DNA of 64,000 nucleotides from positions 2,728,001-2,792,000 of the forward strand of contig NW_026782081.1 of assembly GCF_031769215.1 (NCBI RefSeq), read 5' to 3'. Of the stretch, positions 12,701 through 26,485 are shown piece after piece. Position numbers and translations under genes: made by a program. Numbering within the stretch: position 1 is the first letter of the stretch; each line of letters begins with the position of its first letter. Under the pieces are notes generated by a model. The model worked only from the letters and a program-made list of their open reading frames with translations. It was not told the DNA's origin and searched no databases. Source of the stretch: Ylistrum balloti (Eukaryota).

Positions 12701-15700
12701 TATCAGATTTATATTTAAATAAATACATAAGTATATGATTTCCAAACGTCATCTGATAACTGTATGAAATAACAAATATCACACAAGTTGAATATTGCGT
12801 AAAATGAAATAACAGGTTATGAGATGTTATTGAAAAATTACTTGAATCAGCAAAGATATGTATCAAAAACCATTTCATAACAAGACTGAAATTTCTGACA
12901 TCGTTATTCTGAAATAGAGTAATGAAACCATACAATTGGCAAATAATGCCATCAATGGCAACAATTAAATAACTTAATAGTCCTTACAACAAATTCTCTG
13001 TTTTCATTTATAATATATATGAATCAAACGTTCCTTGTGGAGTGTTGATGAAATACCATATGTATACATACTAACCAGGTGCTTCACAAACAACACCTGC
13101 TGTTTTACTCGGAGTGCACGCTGTAGCCAGTACATCACAGTCGATCAATCTATCCTTGGAGCTGTCACATAACAACGCCACTCTCCATGGACCGGCATAA
13201 CCTTTACCGAAATAGGCATTTAATTTGGTTATTCCTCCACTGAAAAATAGCAATAGCAATATATATATCCAATGAAGGATTGTCTCTTTTACTATCTAAG
13301 TTTACTGATACACTGATTCCAGTCAGGGATAATGGTGAAGAGTTATGAAGATATATGCATTGCATTTTGTATCAATTATTCGATGTCATTTGACAATCTT
13401 AATAGCAAAAGTCTAATTATTATTTTTAAATGATAGCATAATATGCTTTGGCTTCAATATATTACATAAATTATTGCCTTATATTAACTAGTAAATGAAC
13501 CTACTTGAACCCAAGTTGCTTGCATGCAACCCTTGACTCCACTTCTCCCCAACTGTTTTGACAAATAGATAACCAACTGTTTTCTCTGTATATTTCAACT
13601 CTTCCTTCGAACGCATCTTTTCCATTCTTGAGTCTAAGGTCACCTTAATTATAGATCAAAAAGCTAATAATGAGAGTTATGTTACATCCTTTAGAATATT
13701 TTAATACATATAAAACAATCTAAACTCACATGATATATTCCTCAAATTCTTTGGTATTGTACATAAAAATAGACGTGAAATTTGGCGCCAAAAATATTAT
13801 GAGGAATGTAAAGAAATTATCTCCAACCTTGTTTCGGTAAAGTTGTAGAGGGGGGCCGTTCACAAATAATTTCCACTTCAAAGTCAATGCGTCCGGCACA
13901 ATTACTGTTCTTGAGTATGTCGAATTGACATGCACTGATACTGCTTTCTTTGCCGTCACACATTACATTGTCTATCAAAAATGTCTTCTTCCTGCCCCTT
14001 TTTCTGCTTCTATAACTCCCAGCTCTGTAATTACGGAAATTCTTCCACATAAAAAATATCACATGGAACCGATTTTAAAATCAAAAAAAAAAAAAAAAAA
14101 AAATACGCCGAGAGCACTTATCTTTCCGAATGTCCTCATTTTCATAATAAGATATTATTGGAAAGGACCTAACATCAGTTGGATGCTATTATGTCGGTAA
14201 ACGATTAGACTATACTGTTAGGCTTTCGTTTTCGTTTCGTTGTCATACGTGGTAGAATAAATCTAAGTCGTTTTCAGTAAAGATACAGAGGCCTTGATTA
14301 TGAGTCATGATTTTTTGGCGTCATTTGCATAGAAATATTGAGAACATTAAGAGAGATTAAGTTATTGCATTCAAAGTATATAAGTTATGTGACATTTTCC
14401 CAAGTTAAAACAGTGTCATTGAAACTTATTTTTTATAATATACACATGAACTAGAGTTTCTCTGAAGTTATCATACATTAGAAATTGAAAGTCCCAGAAG
14501 GACGAAAGCGATGCGTCATGCAATTTACTGTATTACATTGCTCTATTTTATCAAATAATATCATTTTGTATTGAAAGATGCTATGTATTCGTATGTCTCT
14601 TACAAGAAACCGAGCTGGCGACAGACGACGATGACGTTTCCATGATGATCATGCCATCCGTTATTACAAACAGTACCCCATCGATCATTCTCATAAACCT
14701 CCAGTCGCCCCTGGAATTCGTTGATTCCATCCATGAGACGAATATTTCCGTCTGTAAAAAAATTTTTCACTGCAAATATCCAAGTCGATTGTTTAGATCG
14801 CCTATTAGTTTATAAAATTTATGATAATTACTAGTTTGCTTTTCTGCCCTTTAATGAATTTATTTAACTGATGTGACCCAACAAGACTATACATCTGTTA
14901 CAGACTTGTTTCATGATTATTTCAGTAAAATACTGTCAAGGCAGAGTATTCAATAGAGAGGTAAGACAGTATACCTATATAATGCATAAGTGATATGTAC
15001 TAAGTTGACACATTAAATGTCTTTGTATGCCGGAGTTCAATATCATTAACTCTCACGCCAACATAATGGTAACTCTTCAAAGACAACAAAACAAGATGCG
15101 TAATCTGCTTTCATAGGAAGGATCAAGGATGTTTTGGAGTAAGATCGATCTTCTGTCTCAAAACTCTTAAATGAAATATTAAATTAAATAATATTAAATT
15201 TAGAAATTATTCTCGAAAAGACACTAAGTATTTAAAATGCTAATTCTGTATTTGCTCAGAATTGTGAAAATAAAACAAAACGAGAGGGGACAAAACACAC
15301 TCACACAACATCAAGAACATAATTACATGTAAATGTATGTCATCAAGTACAAGGGAATGTATATCTATAGAGGTGTGACAAAAGATCACAAAGGGAAAAA
15401 CGACAAACATTAGGGAATGTTCTGAGATATAATGTAATTATTGGTGAGGTTGAAATGATGTAAGTTTTATTTTACTCACCACTCCACTTAAAGTTTGACC
15501 TGAAGGTATGTTCTGTTTAAGTAGGTATATCCGACGAGATAAACTAGTGCGCTGTTGGTGTAATATATTTGTGACGATGACGTGTCCTCATATCTCGACA
15601 ACGAAGTCTCAAGATATTCACTAAAAGTAGTCTGTATTCCTTGGTGGATATTTATCAGTATAACTGTTGCAATATGACAATTATATGGTCTTTATAAAGG

Positions 15701-18020
15701 ACAGCTTTAATGGAAAACCTATTAATTACCATCATGAATGCCAAAACAAGACAAAAATGCTTATGTTAACATACTACGTCGAAATACTTCGTAATCATCA
15801 AATTTCGTGGGAAATTATTTTCGTTAATAATTTTCATCTTCAAATTTACGTCTCCACGAAAACAGATGAAAATTGTCAGCAAATATAAATCTATTCATGA
15901 GCAAGATTTATTTCCGAATCGCGAGTCAACGGAAATGTTTATTTATATAAAACTACATGCCCAACGAAAATAGAGGATTTCATAGTAAAATCAATGTCGG
16001 TGATGAAATCTTGTGTCAAGTAGAGCAGCTAGGTTTTGAAGGTGAATGTCACCATACTAATGTCAACAATTATGATGTGGTGATGATCAGGGCTGTATAT
16101 TACTTCTCGTTCTATAAAACAATACTTTTCGGCTAGTTTTAAAAGAAATATCGAAAATATTTTCATTCGTAATACCTTAATACTATATCATGAACTTACT
16201 TTTAACTTTGGTATTGCTTTTTGCTGGGTTCCTGGGCACAGGGGAATACCAGGCAATGAAATAGCAGATTGTGCCGCAAAGTAAGCTTGATCGCTACCAA
16301 CAGTTGTTTTTAAAATTCATGTTACCGATTTTAAACCATTTATTAAACAAATTTTAAAAGCTCAGTGGCAGGAGGACTGGAATATTTATACCAACAACAA
16401 ATTGCACTCCATTGAGCCTGTTATCGGTGAATGGTCTCCAGGCTATAGAGACAACCAACGAGACGAAGTTGTCATTGCCCGTCTTCGGAAGGGTCATACA
16501 TACCTTACACATTCATATATGTTGAAAGGCGAAGATAATCCTTGGTGCATAGGATGTGATGAGCCATAAACCGTTAAACATTTTTTATTGGATAGCAATG
16601 ACCTTCTGTCTACTCGAGAATGTTTCTATCGTAACATTACATGTCTAAAATCCCTTTTTGAAACTGTTGAGATTTGCAAAATTCTACATTACCTGAAAGA
16701 TGTTGGTCTATATAATAGACTATGACGTACCATTTTAATCTTTTGTGTTAGCGTACCCACTTAAGATTTTTAACATTTGTCTTTTACCTTTTTGTTTGTT
16801 TAATGTTATTTCCTTTTGGATCTCTGTGTGTTTTACCGTTTGATGGCCCTAATGACATTTTACGTGTTGACAGGCCGTTGAGAATGTAATGATAATAATA
16901 TTTGAATTATTTCATGGAATTTACGTCATTTTTATTGGGACATAAAGTAATGAAATATTTCAATAAAATTATAATTTGTGAACTATAACAAAAACACAAA
17001 ATCCTTTGCAAACAATAATTAGGTGCGTTTGATTGACGTTTTTGCACATATCATAAACAAACCACGCAATATATAAGTATAATAAGATGTATATATACGT
17101 TGAATAAAAGCAAGTAAACCATTTCTTGATATTGAAGAGGATCATCACAAATTTTCAATCAGCTGCTAATGTAATTTCACAATAATAATATAGCAAAGTT
17201 ATCTGCAAATTTTCTGTCAGCTTGTATCACACTAGGAAAGAAACAAACAAACAGGGCCTAAACGGTCGGTGAAAACGGCGAAAAAAAGTTGCGGCAGAGT
17301 AGACAGAACGGGTTGAACAATCTGATAAAAGTTACTGTTGGGGTCTAGGATTTGCGTTGGAAAGACAAATAAAAGTGAAAATGACCAAGAATATCTGCAA
17401 TTAAACGAAAAGTCGACGAAATCTTGCGAGGAAATTCTTATCAATTAAGGTCGTACAATCCAAAATGTTTCGCAAATGTTGAGAAGTTTATCCATGTGCC
17501 AAAACAGGTGAAATGAACATTGTCAAAATCTCCATTTTTACTTTCCTGCTAATTAATTACAACGCGTATAGTAAACAAATAATTAGAAATCAGCCAGAAA
17601 AATAAACTTTCTGGTATGTTCAAATCAATTGCGAACTGTGTGCTGAGAGCTCAAAACTTCTATAATCTGACGTTGTACCGACGACGATCAAGTAGTTGAT
17701 TTTTAGCGTCATTGGATATCACACACACACACATCCACAAAAGACAAAAAAAAAAAAAAATAAATAAATAATAATAAAAAATCTATGTCATCAAAAGCTG
17801 CATCATTAACACTTTTTCGTTGAGTAGTAGGTTATTCCATAAATGGAAATCTGGGGAGCACCTACCCCAACTTAAGCGATGCCAAGGTTACCTGGAAAAT
17901 ACTAAAAACTGGATATGTCTTGGGGATAAAACTAGCTTAAAAGATAACTGAAGTAAACATACCTACTGGGGCCGCAATTATCCCGAGCTGTAGGATGAAA
18001 ATGTAGTAAACTCGGTACAT
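6791..18020 (-). CDS. Receptor R2: mosaic type-I membrane protein, signal peptide - SRCR - SRCR - 5x 6-Cys EB/EGF-like - degenerate CTLD - stalk - TM - Tyr-rich tail (~867 aa)
   Basis: Exons: 18020-17963 (MYRVYYIFILQLGIIAAPV), 14751-14604, 14024-13828, 13643-13505, 13239-13076, 12610-12470, 12213-12076, 11231-10986, 10415-10263, 9944-9879, 9785-9642, 9337-9161, 8823-8722, 8038-7961, 7690-7612 (TM MIWTIVAIFTLLLAIGTTLSAIV) and 7364-6791. All junctions are GT-AG and phase-compatible; the sum is 2604 nt with no internal stop. The 66-nt linker exon and the acceptors at 11231 and 9337 are the least certain parts. Confidence 0.85.
9642..12610 (-). other. Five one-exon 6-Cys EB/EGF-like modules of R2
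   Basis: Exons 12610-12470, 12213-12076, 11135-10986, 10415-10263 and 9785-9642 share the consensus (E)S.YN..C-x5-7-C..NLVC-x6-9-CxC-x7-8-(W/L)D-x5-C, for example ESDYNETCYENTHESCKSNLVCRQQNNGTACRCYEEENMYWDPSASACKT. The family label (EB-module-like) is inferred. Confidence 0.75.
13076..13643 (-). other. SRCR domain 2 of R2 (two exons)
   Basis: LRLKNGKDAFEGRVEIYRENSWLSICQNSWGEVESRVACKQLGF plus AYFGKGYAGPW..LLCDSSKDRLIDC..C..TAGVVC. Confidence 0.92.
13828..14751 (-). other. SRCR domain 1 of R2 (two exons)
   Basis: IRLMDGINEFQGRLEVYENDRWGTVCNNGW..VVCRQLGF plus FLIDNVMCDGKESSISAC..NC..VEIIC matches the classic SRCR pattern. Confidence 0.92.
16150..16900 (+). mobile_element. 3' fragment of an I-group (Nimb/I-like) non-LTR retrotransposon: RNase H end, Zn-knuckle-like segment and 3' UTR, in R2 intron 1
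   Basis: FCWVPGHRGIPGNEIADCAAK (RNase H C-terminal motif), then WQEDW..RLRKGHTYLTH..CIGCDEP*TVKHFLL. It carries in-frame stops, and its 3' UTR matches 47146-47420. Confidence 0.8.
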
Positions 18021-18755
18021 CTTGAGCGATCAGCGGATAATGAGTAAGTAAGGCAGTGTATCAACGGTAGATAGTCAATAGGATACGGAAGTACTTAGCC
18101 CAACATTGCACTCTAGCGAATTTCGTTCCTTTCTTTATAAATATAGTAAGATATCACGTACTTTAACAATACACATACTGCATCATTTGTATAGAACAGC
18201 ATTACACTGCTATTGTATCATTTGATTACGTTAAAGATTTTCCAACGCATGTGAGTCTTATTTTTGTAAGCTTGGCTACAGGTGTGAAATTACTTCTGAT
18301 TTTCCGATTAGCCATTGGTGGTTTATTTAGTTATGTTTATTTGTGTATTGTTATTTATTAGACATATTGTTGGTACCGAAATTATGAAAATCAACTGAGA
18401 ATTGGTGTTTATCACAATCATCTGAATGTAAATCTACATATTTTGAAATTTTCTCTTGAGATTTATTATACATTTTTGGAAGTAATCAAACAACAGCACA
18501 CTATACTAAACTTTTGGCAATTCACACATAATTTTATACGACTGGACTTCTAGGGAACACTTTGAATGGGCTTTTGTGAACTGACTGGTACGCAGTAAGA
18601 CACAGACTGTGATGGTTAAACTGGTTATATGTGTATAATCCTGAAATAATGATAACACATCAGTATTATTGACAAAAAACATAGCATATATCATATGACA
18701 GAAATCCGGCTATAATGTTTTACAAAAATTGGTTGATAATATATATCAATTGTAG

Positions 18756-21700
18756 TTAGTCAAGCCAAGGAACCCAAGCACCGCCATGCAGTTTTGGGTT
18801 GCTGGACGTATCCGCTGTTCTGTTACCTACATGTACCATCGTTTCAGCATAATATTTGAGTCTTAGAAGCAGTCCTCGTTATCAATAGCTATATTGTGCA
18901 ACTCACATGGATCAGACGGTATATGGAACAGATTAATACGATCAACTTCGTTATTATTGAATCTGTAATAATCATATTTCTGTCCACACTCCACACTTAT
19001 AGGGCAATGTCGACATTTCCCCGTTGTCTTTCTACGTGAAATATCTCGCAGAAATAAATGAAACATAGCTGCTCCAGTTTCGAACTTGCTGAAATGTAGT
19101 TTGGTACTGTCATCGAGCGTGTGATAAGGCGGATACCAATTGGCCATATCCGTTGCATCATTATGCAATACGACTAATTTGTAATCCCCAACACGAATCG
19201 CCCCTGTAGAACCATACGGCTCCAGGTTATGAAGGATCTCGTTACGGACGGGTTCACCGTTTGTTGATAACATTTTCCATATGTCCAGGCCATCAGTGTC
19301 TCCAAGGTCTGTAGGGTCACCACCTGCTGCAGAATAAAGTGTTGGCAGCCAATCGCAGACATGTATCAGGTTTTCAGATACATATCCAGTTGTATCAAGT
19401 AGAGGACTGTTAATGAATGCTACACCTCGAACACCGCCTTCCCACAAAGTATTCTTCATACCCCTGTATGGAACAATCATCATCGAATAAAAACATTATC
19501 TATATGTCTTTACGAAAATATAAGATCGGTTAACAAAAGAAAAAGGAAAAGGTTTGATAAAATAAGATAAAAATATGAACAAACGGAAAATTTACACAAG
19601 GGCGCCCAAACAATGAATTTTGATCATTTCAAGTGCATAATGTCACGTTTCCAAAGGAGAACAGACGTCTAACTGTATATCGTATAAGAAAATAGAATAT
19701 TTCTTAATGAAATCATTATGGCGACCAAATGAAACCTTCCTAGTTCTTTATCAACCTGCATCTCTTTAAACCCTGTGTTGTTAGTTTATCTGTCAGTGTT
19801 GTCGACATCTTGCAAAAGCGTTACATCGTTAAATAGTCCTATCGATTCAACTACGACATATGATCAACATAGGTTAAGAGCGCTGGGTTGTCTCTATCCA
19901 CAAATGAAAAATTCACTATAGGGAAATTTTCTTGTGTGAAAAGTTCGACATAAACGGCTAAAGGGGAAGAATATATCATGTCATTGATTTCCAGTGGTAT
20001 GCGCAATGGATATGGTCAATATTTATTATCTATTATCATTTATTAATATCTATTATTTATAGTTTGGCAGATTGTACCACGCGAATTTATCGATAGATTA
20101 CGATAATGATTATTATCATGAACACATCAAAAATATTCCTCAGCCGTATCTAATTGATGAGCGCATATAAGAGTATAATTACGAACACTATGTACTTAAT
20201 TAACGACACAAGAAATGAATGATTCAGGTAGTCTTTTAAGAAAGAGATTGAATGTTGAGGTTTGTTTTTGAAACATAAGAAATTATACGTGTGATTTTGT
20301 TTACTATAGTAAGCATAGTGCACAACCTCATCATGAACACCTCTTAAAAAATATATTGGATAATTCGTTATTCTTTTGTGTTATTACTACTCTGAATACC
20401 ATCATGGTAATATAATTGAAATGGCGAATATTCAAAATAAAGTTGTTTATGAGCAGACCACTGTGTGTGACCTTACCGTAAGGGAAAGTTATTCCCTGCG
20501 CCTTCCATATATCCGTTTGACGAACCCCCATTGTCTGTTGTAAAGAGGATGATAGAATCTTTGTACATATCACGTGTCTTTAGAGCATCAACTACATCAG
20601 CAACACCGTCATCAAGTGCAGCAACCATTCCTAGTAACAATGTTTAAGTTGATCATATTTGAAATTTGTCGAATATATATAAACATGTACGACAGGTCAT
20701 TGTATCCACAATTGTATAATGTTCCCTGTGTGGGGCCCTAAACATAGGGAGCAGGAATTCTACCTGTTGACCCTATTGCATGACCTTAAGAGGCCACTCA
20801 CTTAGAATATTTCGTCGGGCTTATATCTCACTTGACACTGCCAGATTTGTTGGTATTTAATTGAGCGTTTGCCCCTGTGTGGAGAGCTTTCTGTTCTATC
20901 CTCTGTCCAAGATATACTAGAAACTAAACAAAGGGTAGAAACTAATTCTTGCTTGGCATTCATTATTGTTGTAGTGAAACGATCAGTTTGCCGTTGTTAG
21001 TATGATGTGATCGAGTGGGATGTCTTGAAGGGGGCCACTGCATTATACCATGTACCTAGTGAGGTAGCACAATAAAATTGGTGTGAGTTTCGTACTGTCA
21101 TAATAATGCTGACACGAAGCCTCCAAAACACCAGAATTCAACATATGCCCAAATTGGGAGGCTTTCCTCAAATGACTGGCTGTTGGTAAGACTTTAAGCA
21201 ATATAAACAAGTTCTACATCAGCAACATTATCCTTTCAGAAAAATGTAAACAATGTAAATACACTATGAACATTGAATGTTATATCTGGATAATAAGTAT
21301 ACATTATCATTGATAGATATGTGCACGTTTATCACATAATGTTTTATGGCACCTTCTTTTAAAGTCATCTTAACACTCACCTCCGAAGCTTATATTTCAT
21401 AAACATTAGTGGTATTCTCCTATCATTGGAGACATGTTTAACGATACAATAACTTGGAATTAATCTGCGTTGTTTATGCTGTCCATTTACTGAGTTACTA
21501 TCTTTGAACACTGATTTTCAGAACAACATCTTTGGAAGGTAGGTAGTGTCTGACTGACATCACCGTATAAACGGAATATGTTCTAATTCAACGATGCATG
21601 CTTTCATTTTATCACCCATATCTCTGTATAATATACAGTATGTCATATTTAAAGGAGAAATTATAACAATACTTTCTTGGCATATGTACTTTCGAGTTTA

Positions 21701-24700
21701 TAAAATTTCAAACGGGAACATATTCAGTAACAAAACATTAGACTGAATGGCATTGACATGATACATTTGACAATTAAATTGAAATTGCTATTTTTGCCAA
21801 TCCTCGTTCTTTTGTGAAGTCAATGAATTTATTCTTAGTCTAATTATGTGATAATTACTCGGACGGTTAATTGATTGGGTAACGTTTTGAATGTAAGACG
21901 CGCATTAAACATAATTGTACCTGCATAGTGTCTTCTCTCTGCGCTCCGTATGTGTGGATGCCTATTGATATACGCCGATGGGGCTTGTAAAGGATTCCCA
22001 CTGGGCACATTCCCAGTGTGAACGGCTTGGTATGGGAGATAGAGGAACAGGGGCTGCAAGAAATCATTCAGTGTTCCTGAATATGTAAACGTTAATGGAG
22101 CTTTATTGTGTTACACAGGAACCGTTTCTTACATCCACATTGGCGAAATTATTTATGGAAATACAATATTTGTTCAACCTTTATGGTATACTTCTATCAA
22201 CAAGGGATTACCTCCTCTCTGTTATGCTGTTTCACGATGTCCACTGCTCGCTCTGTAAACAGCGTTGTTGAGTACTGTCCGATTGCTGTGTAGTCTAGGC
22301 TAACATTGCTTCTAAAGTCATAACCAAAGAAGCCCTGCAATGATACATAGTTAGTGACGGTCGTTTTTATATATTGGTTTAAAGTTGTGTGACAATAAAA
22401 ATCGTACATTTTTACATATTTATTTTTATACTGACATTAAATGGTTATCAAGCTGACATTGTTAATCAGCCTAGTAACAACCATAGCTAACAACAAAAAT
22501 GAAACAATGCTAATTTGCAGCAATTTCATGTTCAAGTATGTATTTACCGCATAAGGTATCCACTGAAAGTACTTAATCTGTTTAAATGATAAGGAATAAA
22601 AGTACTTGTAAGCTTACACATCAATTTTGTAAGGTAGGTTGGTGCATATGTGAACCGTTCACGTTCTTGTTAATGTCCCGTCAGCATTTCTAATCAAACA
22701 ACGTACGTATTTTAAAGCTGCGCAATGACTCTTTAGTCATTAACGTATTCATACAAAATACATTATGAGGAGAGTCGTAAAATTATATCTCATATCTTGC
22801 TTTTTGTCAAAAAGGTATGAAGAAAGATGTTGAAGGTGTCAAATAATCTAGCATAGAAACTATCCGAGAGCCCAAATAATCGTTTATATTACATTCTGTT
22901 TATTGGAGTGGGTATCCCGAGAGCAACTTCATGTGTCTTTATAGCAGTTTGGTGTTGTAAACTTTAATTCATAGTATATTTCTAGCGTCCATGATTTTTC
23001 GGTGTCTTTTTTGAAACGAATTTCGGATTATAGCTATAACTGAATACAACTTCTGTTGCCGCAGTCGTTGTCATATATTTGTGTAAGAGTTTAATTCATA
23101 TTGCGTGACATTAACATCAATGCTGATGCACCCTTGTAGTTTATATAGAAGTTGAGAAAATGTGTCATCAGTAGACAGAATCAATCCAACAATCTGAATT
23201 CTAGAGTCCAGCTGAATAATTCAAATAATTATCATTTTGCATGCAAATAATGCTGAAACCGCGTGTCACCACTTGGTTAAGTCGTCTTTTGAAATTAAAT
23301 AATAAAAAGCATTCAGATTGGAATCGAAGTTGAATAGCTTAGACAACGCTTTCACATATCACAATTTGCGAAATTCTACGTCGACGTTGCTTCATAGTTT
23401 CGTCATGTGACTTACTGGAATTTGCACATGAATCCGAAATGTTAATATTGTCTGCTGCAATACATATCAGCTATATCAGTGTGTATGGAAGCTGCATCGG
23501 GTAGGAAATAATGAAGATGAGGTGTGAAGTGAATATTGAAAATCAACATTAATCCTGATGATAAGTCCATCTGTACTGTGAACCGTTTTCTTTACATGTA
23601 CACTACCTGACAGTGGTGCCTGATCGAGCTCTGAATGTGACTCTATACCGTAATAGTATTAATGATACAATACATTCATAGACAAAACTAGACCGAGTTA
23701 CCTCACTGTCTTCATATGTGTGATCATAGTAGTCTCCATGTGAGTTGTAATATCCGGTGAAAGTTTCAAATCCTCGATACGTTGGTGTATACTCACTCTT
23801 AAAGGAGCCAAGATGCCACTGTAATGTTGATATCAATGATTTGTTGGAAGCATATTGATAAAAATGACAAAGAAACAATTCTTGAACAAGTGTTAAGTGA
23901 TCATTTGTAAACAGATAAATCACAAATGTACGTATATTCATTAGGTACAATTAATAAGCAAATGGAAAATGTAATATGAGATGCTGGATGTGAAATACTT
24001 TCTATATTGATGTTTACATTAAACAGCTAGTTGTGACGTGATGTACCTACCTTGCCCACTATATGCGTTCGATATCCAAGATTTCGCAACCTCTGGGGCA
24101 TGATAGTGATGTTCAATGGAAGACCATTTGGTTGGGCACCTCTGATCACACCTGAATGTAATCCTAAACATACGACTTTGTATTTATATCAGTATAACAC
24201 ACGAATCATTTATTATCGGGTATTCAACATAATATTTCAACGTGAAGCAAGGAAATGATAATAATTTAATAAGTTCTGGTTTTAAAAAAATAAGTTAAGA
24301 ACATTAAAGATCCATCGGCAAGCTGTCACTGAGCAAGTGTCCGATTAGATACAACACAGTGTTGTAGCACCAAATGCGACTGCTCTAACAGGGCTTTGGT
24401 ACACTCAAAACGCAAAAAGGTATGAAGTTTGTAAGATTTCACGCTGACTGAGATTGAAGTACTAGTTTAAGGGCGATAGAATCACGATTGACAAATTAAT
24501 GGCAAAAAGTTATATAAAGAGACAACGGCATTTTTACAGGATGATGTCAATAGCTAAAAGAGTCAATTTGTTAAAAGCAGATTCTAACAATAGATCGCTA
24601 CATGGTCCAATCGAGTCTACTGACCTAAATATAATTTTAAAAAATGTGGAGAGAGTTGGCCATTTAATCTTGGACTGAGCATGTTCATCAATACTCAGGG

Positions 24701-26485
24701 AAAATTGTGTGTCAATAGTGATAAGTTTGCCAGTTGAAAACTTTCGAATGGAACAGGACTAAATGACACTTACCGGTATGGATTGGATGTAGTCCTGACA
24801 TAAGCGCTCCTCTTGTTGGGGTACATAATGGGGAGACATAGTAGTTATTAAGTATGATTCCTCTGTAAGCGAGACTATCTATATTTGGTGTAGGAATTTG
24901 ACTGGATCCATGGAAACTTACATCATTCCAGCCCTATAAAACCAAAACGAACGATTAAGATGTTATTTTTGCGAGTCAATAAAAACATGAAACAATTCAT
25001 CTTATATCACCACTATTGGTGATATAACTTTTCCAGTGATGATGTAATTTTTGTACTTTTGGCCAAGCGAAACTGTGCTTTCTAGTAACTGCAATGAAAA
25101 ACAATAAGAAAATACAAACATTTTAACAGTCCTAATCATAATCCAAACACAAATTTAACCAACAGGCAAACTAACCAGCATCAAACACGTCCACCTTCAT
25201 ATCGAATCAACTGCGACATATAAGCACCATACGTTAGTAGTGTTGGATTGTTGCTATCCAGAAACGGAAAATCACAGTAGGAAAATCAAAATCATCACGA
25301 ATATCATACAGCTTGGTGGAGCGCTGTCCAAGATAATTTCGTTGTAGAAAAAATTCGAGATAAGCGGCTGGTTTAGGAGAGTCTGTCGTGTCATTGATTT
25401 CCAGTTCTTATGAGTATATATATATTGGAGGTGGTCAATGATTTCTTGTTATTTAGAGACAGGACGCTATCAGTGTATCTGAAAGTGAAATTAAACGTCC
25501 TTGTAACCTGTTTTGATAAACTCCTTGATAAGTTCAACAAGAACAAGTCAGCCAAGAGAAGTGCACAGTTAATTCCCATAGGTATGCTAATACTCTGTTG
25601 GAAGATCTTACCATTTAACTCAACGAAGATGTCGACCAGAAACTCAATAATTTTTATTATTTCGTCCTTCGAATATTTCTTCTTTGACTTGGCCGTATCT
25701 TTTACGGAAAAAATCTTCAGTATAGTTTACAACCATATATTTGTACCGGCGTAGTTGGAAGTATAAATACTCACGTTTTCAAGTTATTGGACGCCTTATC
25801 GCCAGAAATGATTACATACCTATCATGTAAGTCTTGAAGTGTGGATTTAATATCGATTGCCAATGTTAGGACGTATATGAAGCGTAGGTTGAATAACTTT
25901 GTTTTACATCAAACGATTCAATTTACATTTTTGTTTTTCTGTGATAGGTATAACTTTTTTGTTAACGATTCTTTCCAGCAGATAAAACATGAAATGGAAG
26001 AAAACAACGTAAAACAGCATATTTAAAATGGCGTTATCTTGTTGGCAAGCGTATTGACGTTTCAGATGTAAAGAAGACACCAACATTTCCCATTTTTTAA
26101 ATGCAAATGCTTAAAAAAACCCAATGCATTGATGCTGTAATAACAAATATAACTAACGGTTCGTGCTCTCTAGACTGCCAGATATTTTGTTTAACTGCGA
26201 AAATATCTCTCTACTCCTTTTATATTAGATTTTAGTCTTGCTGTATTCCTGTATGTCAGTGGCTGTCGCGATAGGCTGAAGCTTTGCTCGAATATTTTTT
26301 TGATCTCGCGATACCATACGTTACGTCAACAGTGATCTACATCTCATATATCTTATATATATACTCACCAGATCGTCTGCTACCACAACAATTATATGGG
26401 GCCGAGACGTTGTTTTACATATGCCCATTTTGACAGAGTGACACAGAAAAGAAAGACACCAGAAGACTATTTTTGTTGACAGCAT
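18756..26485 (-). CDS. ARSB: Arylsulfatase B/I/J-like secreted or lysosomal sulfatase, frameshifted near the C-terminus as assembled
   Basis: Exons: 26485-26369 (signal peptide + [11 protein letters not shown]), 24933-24774 ([25 protein letters not shown]; FGly motif CxPxR at 24825-24811), 24163-24051 ([10 protein letters not shown]), 23818-23702 (WHLG..RGF), 22334-22212, 22053-21921 ([12 protein letters not shown]), 20630-20477 (FTTDNGG..NFPLR) and 19463-18863 ([31 protein letters not shown]). The conserved end [10 protein letters not shown] lies in another frame at 18869-18756. The symbol is family-level only. Confidence 0.93.
20855..21230 (+). mobile_element. Degenerate SINE with tRNA-derived head and Meta/MESC-like central domain (sulfatase intron)
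   Basis: Contains gcttggcattcattatt..gttagtatgatgtgatcgagtgggatgtc..ctagtgaggtagcacaataaa, which resembles the Meta/MESC core as I recall it. The tail is gactggctgttggtaagactttaagcaatataaacaa. Confidence 0.55.
25190..25900 (-). mobile_element. Decayed Penelope-like reverse transcriptase fragment (sulfatase intron 1)
   Basis: Frameshifted [70 protein letters not shown], matching the abundant mollusc GIPMGTNCAPLLADLFL/RYIDD RT type. Confidence 0.7.

Noticed and set aside
20855-20930. tRNA-like head sequence
   Set aside because: It is degenerate and continues into a SINE body, so it is not a tRNA gene. No rRNA or tRNA genes were recognised in the window.
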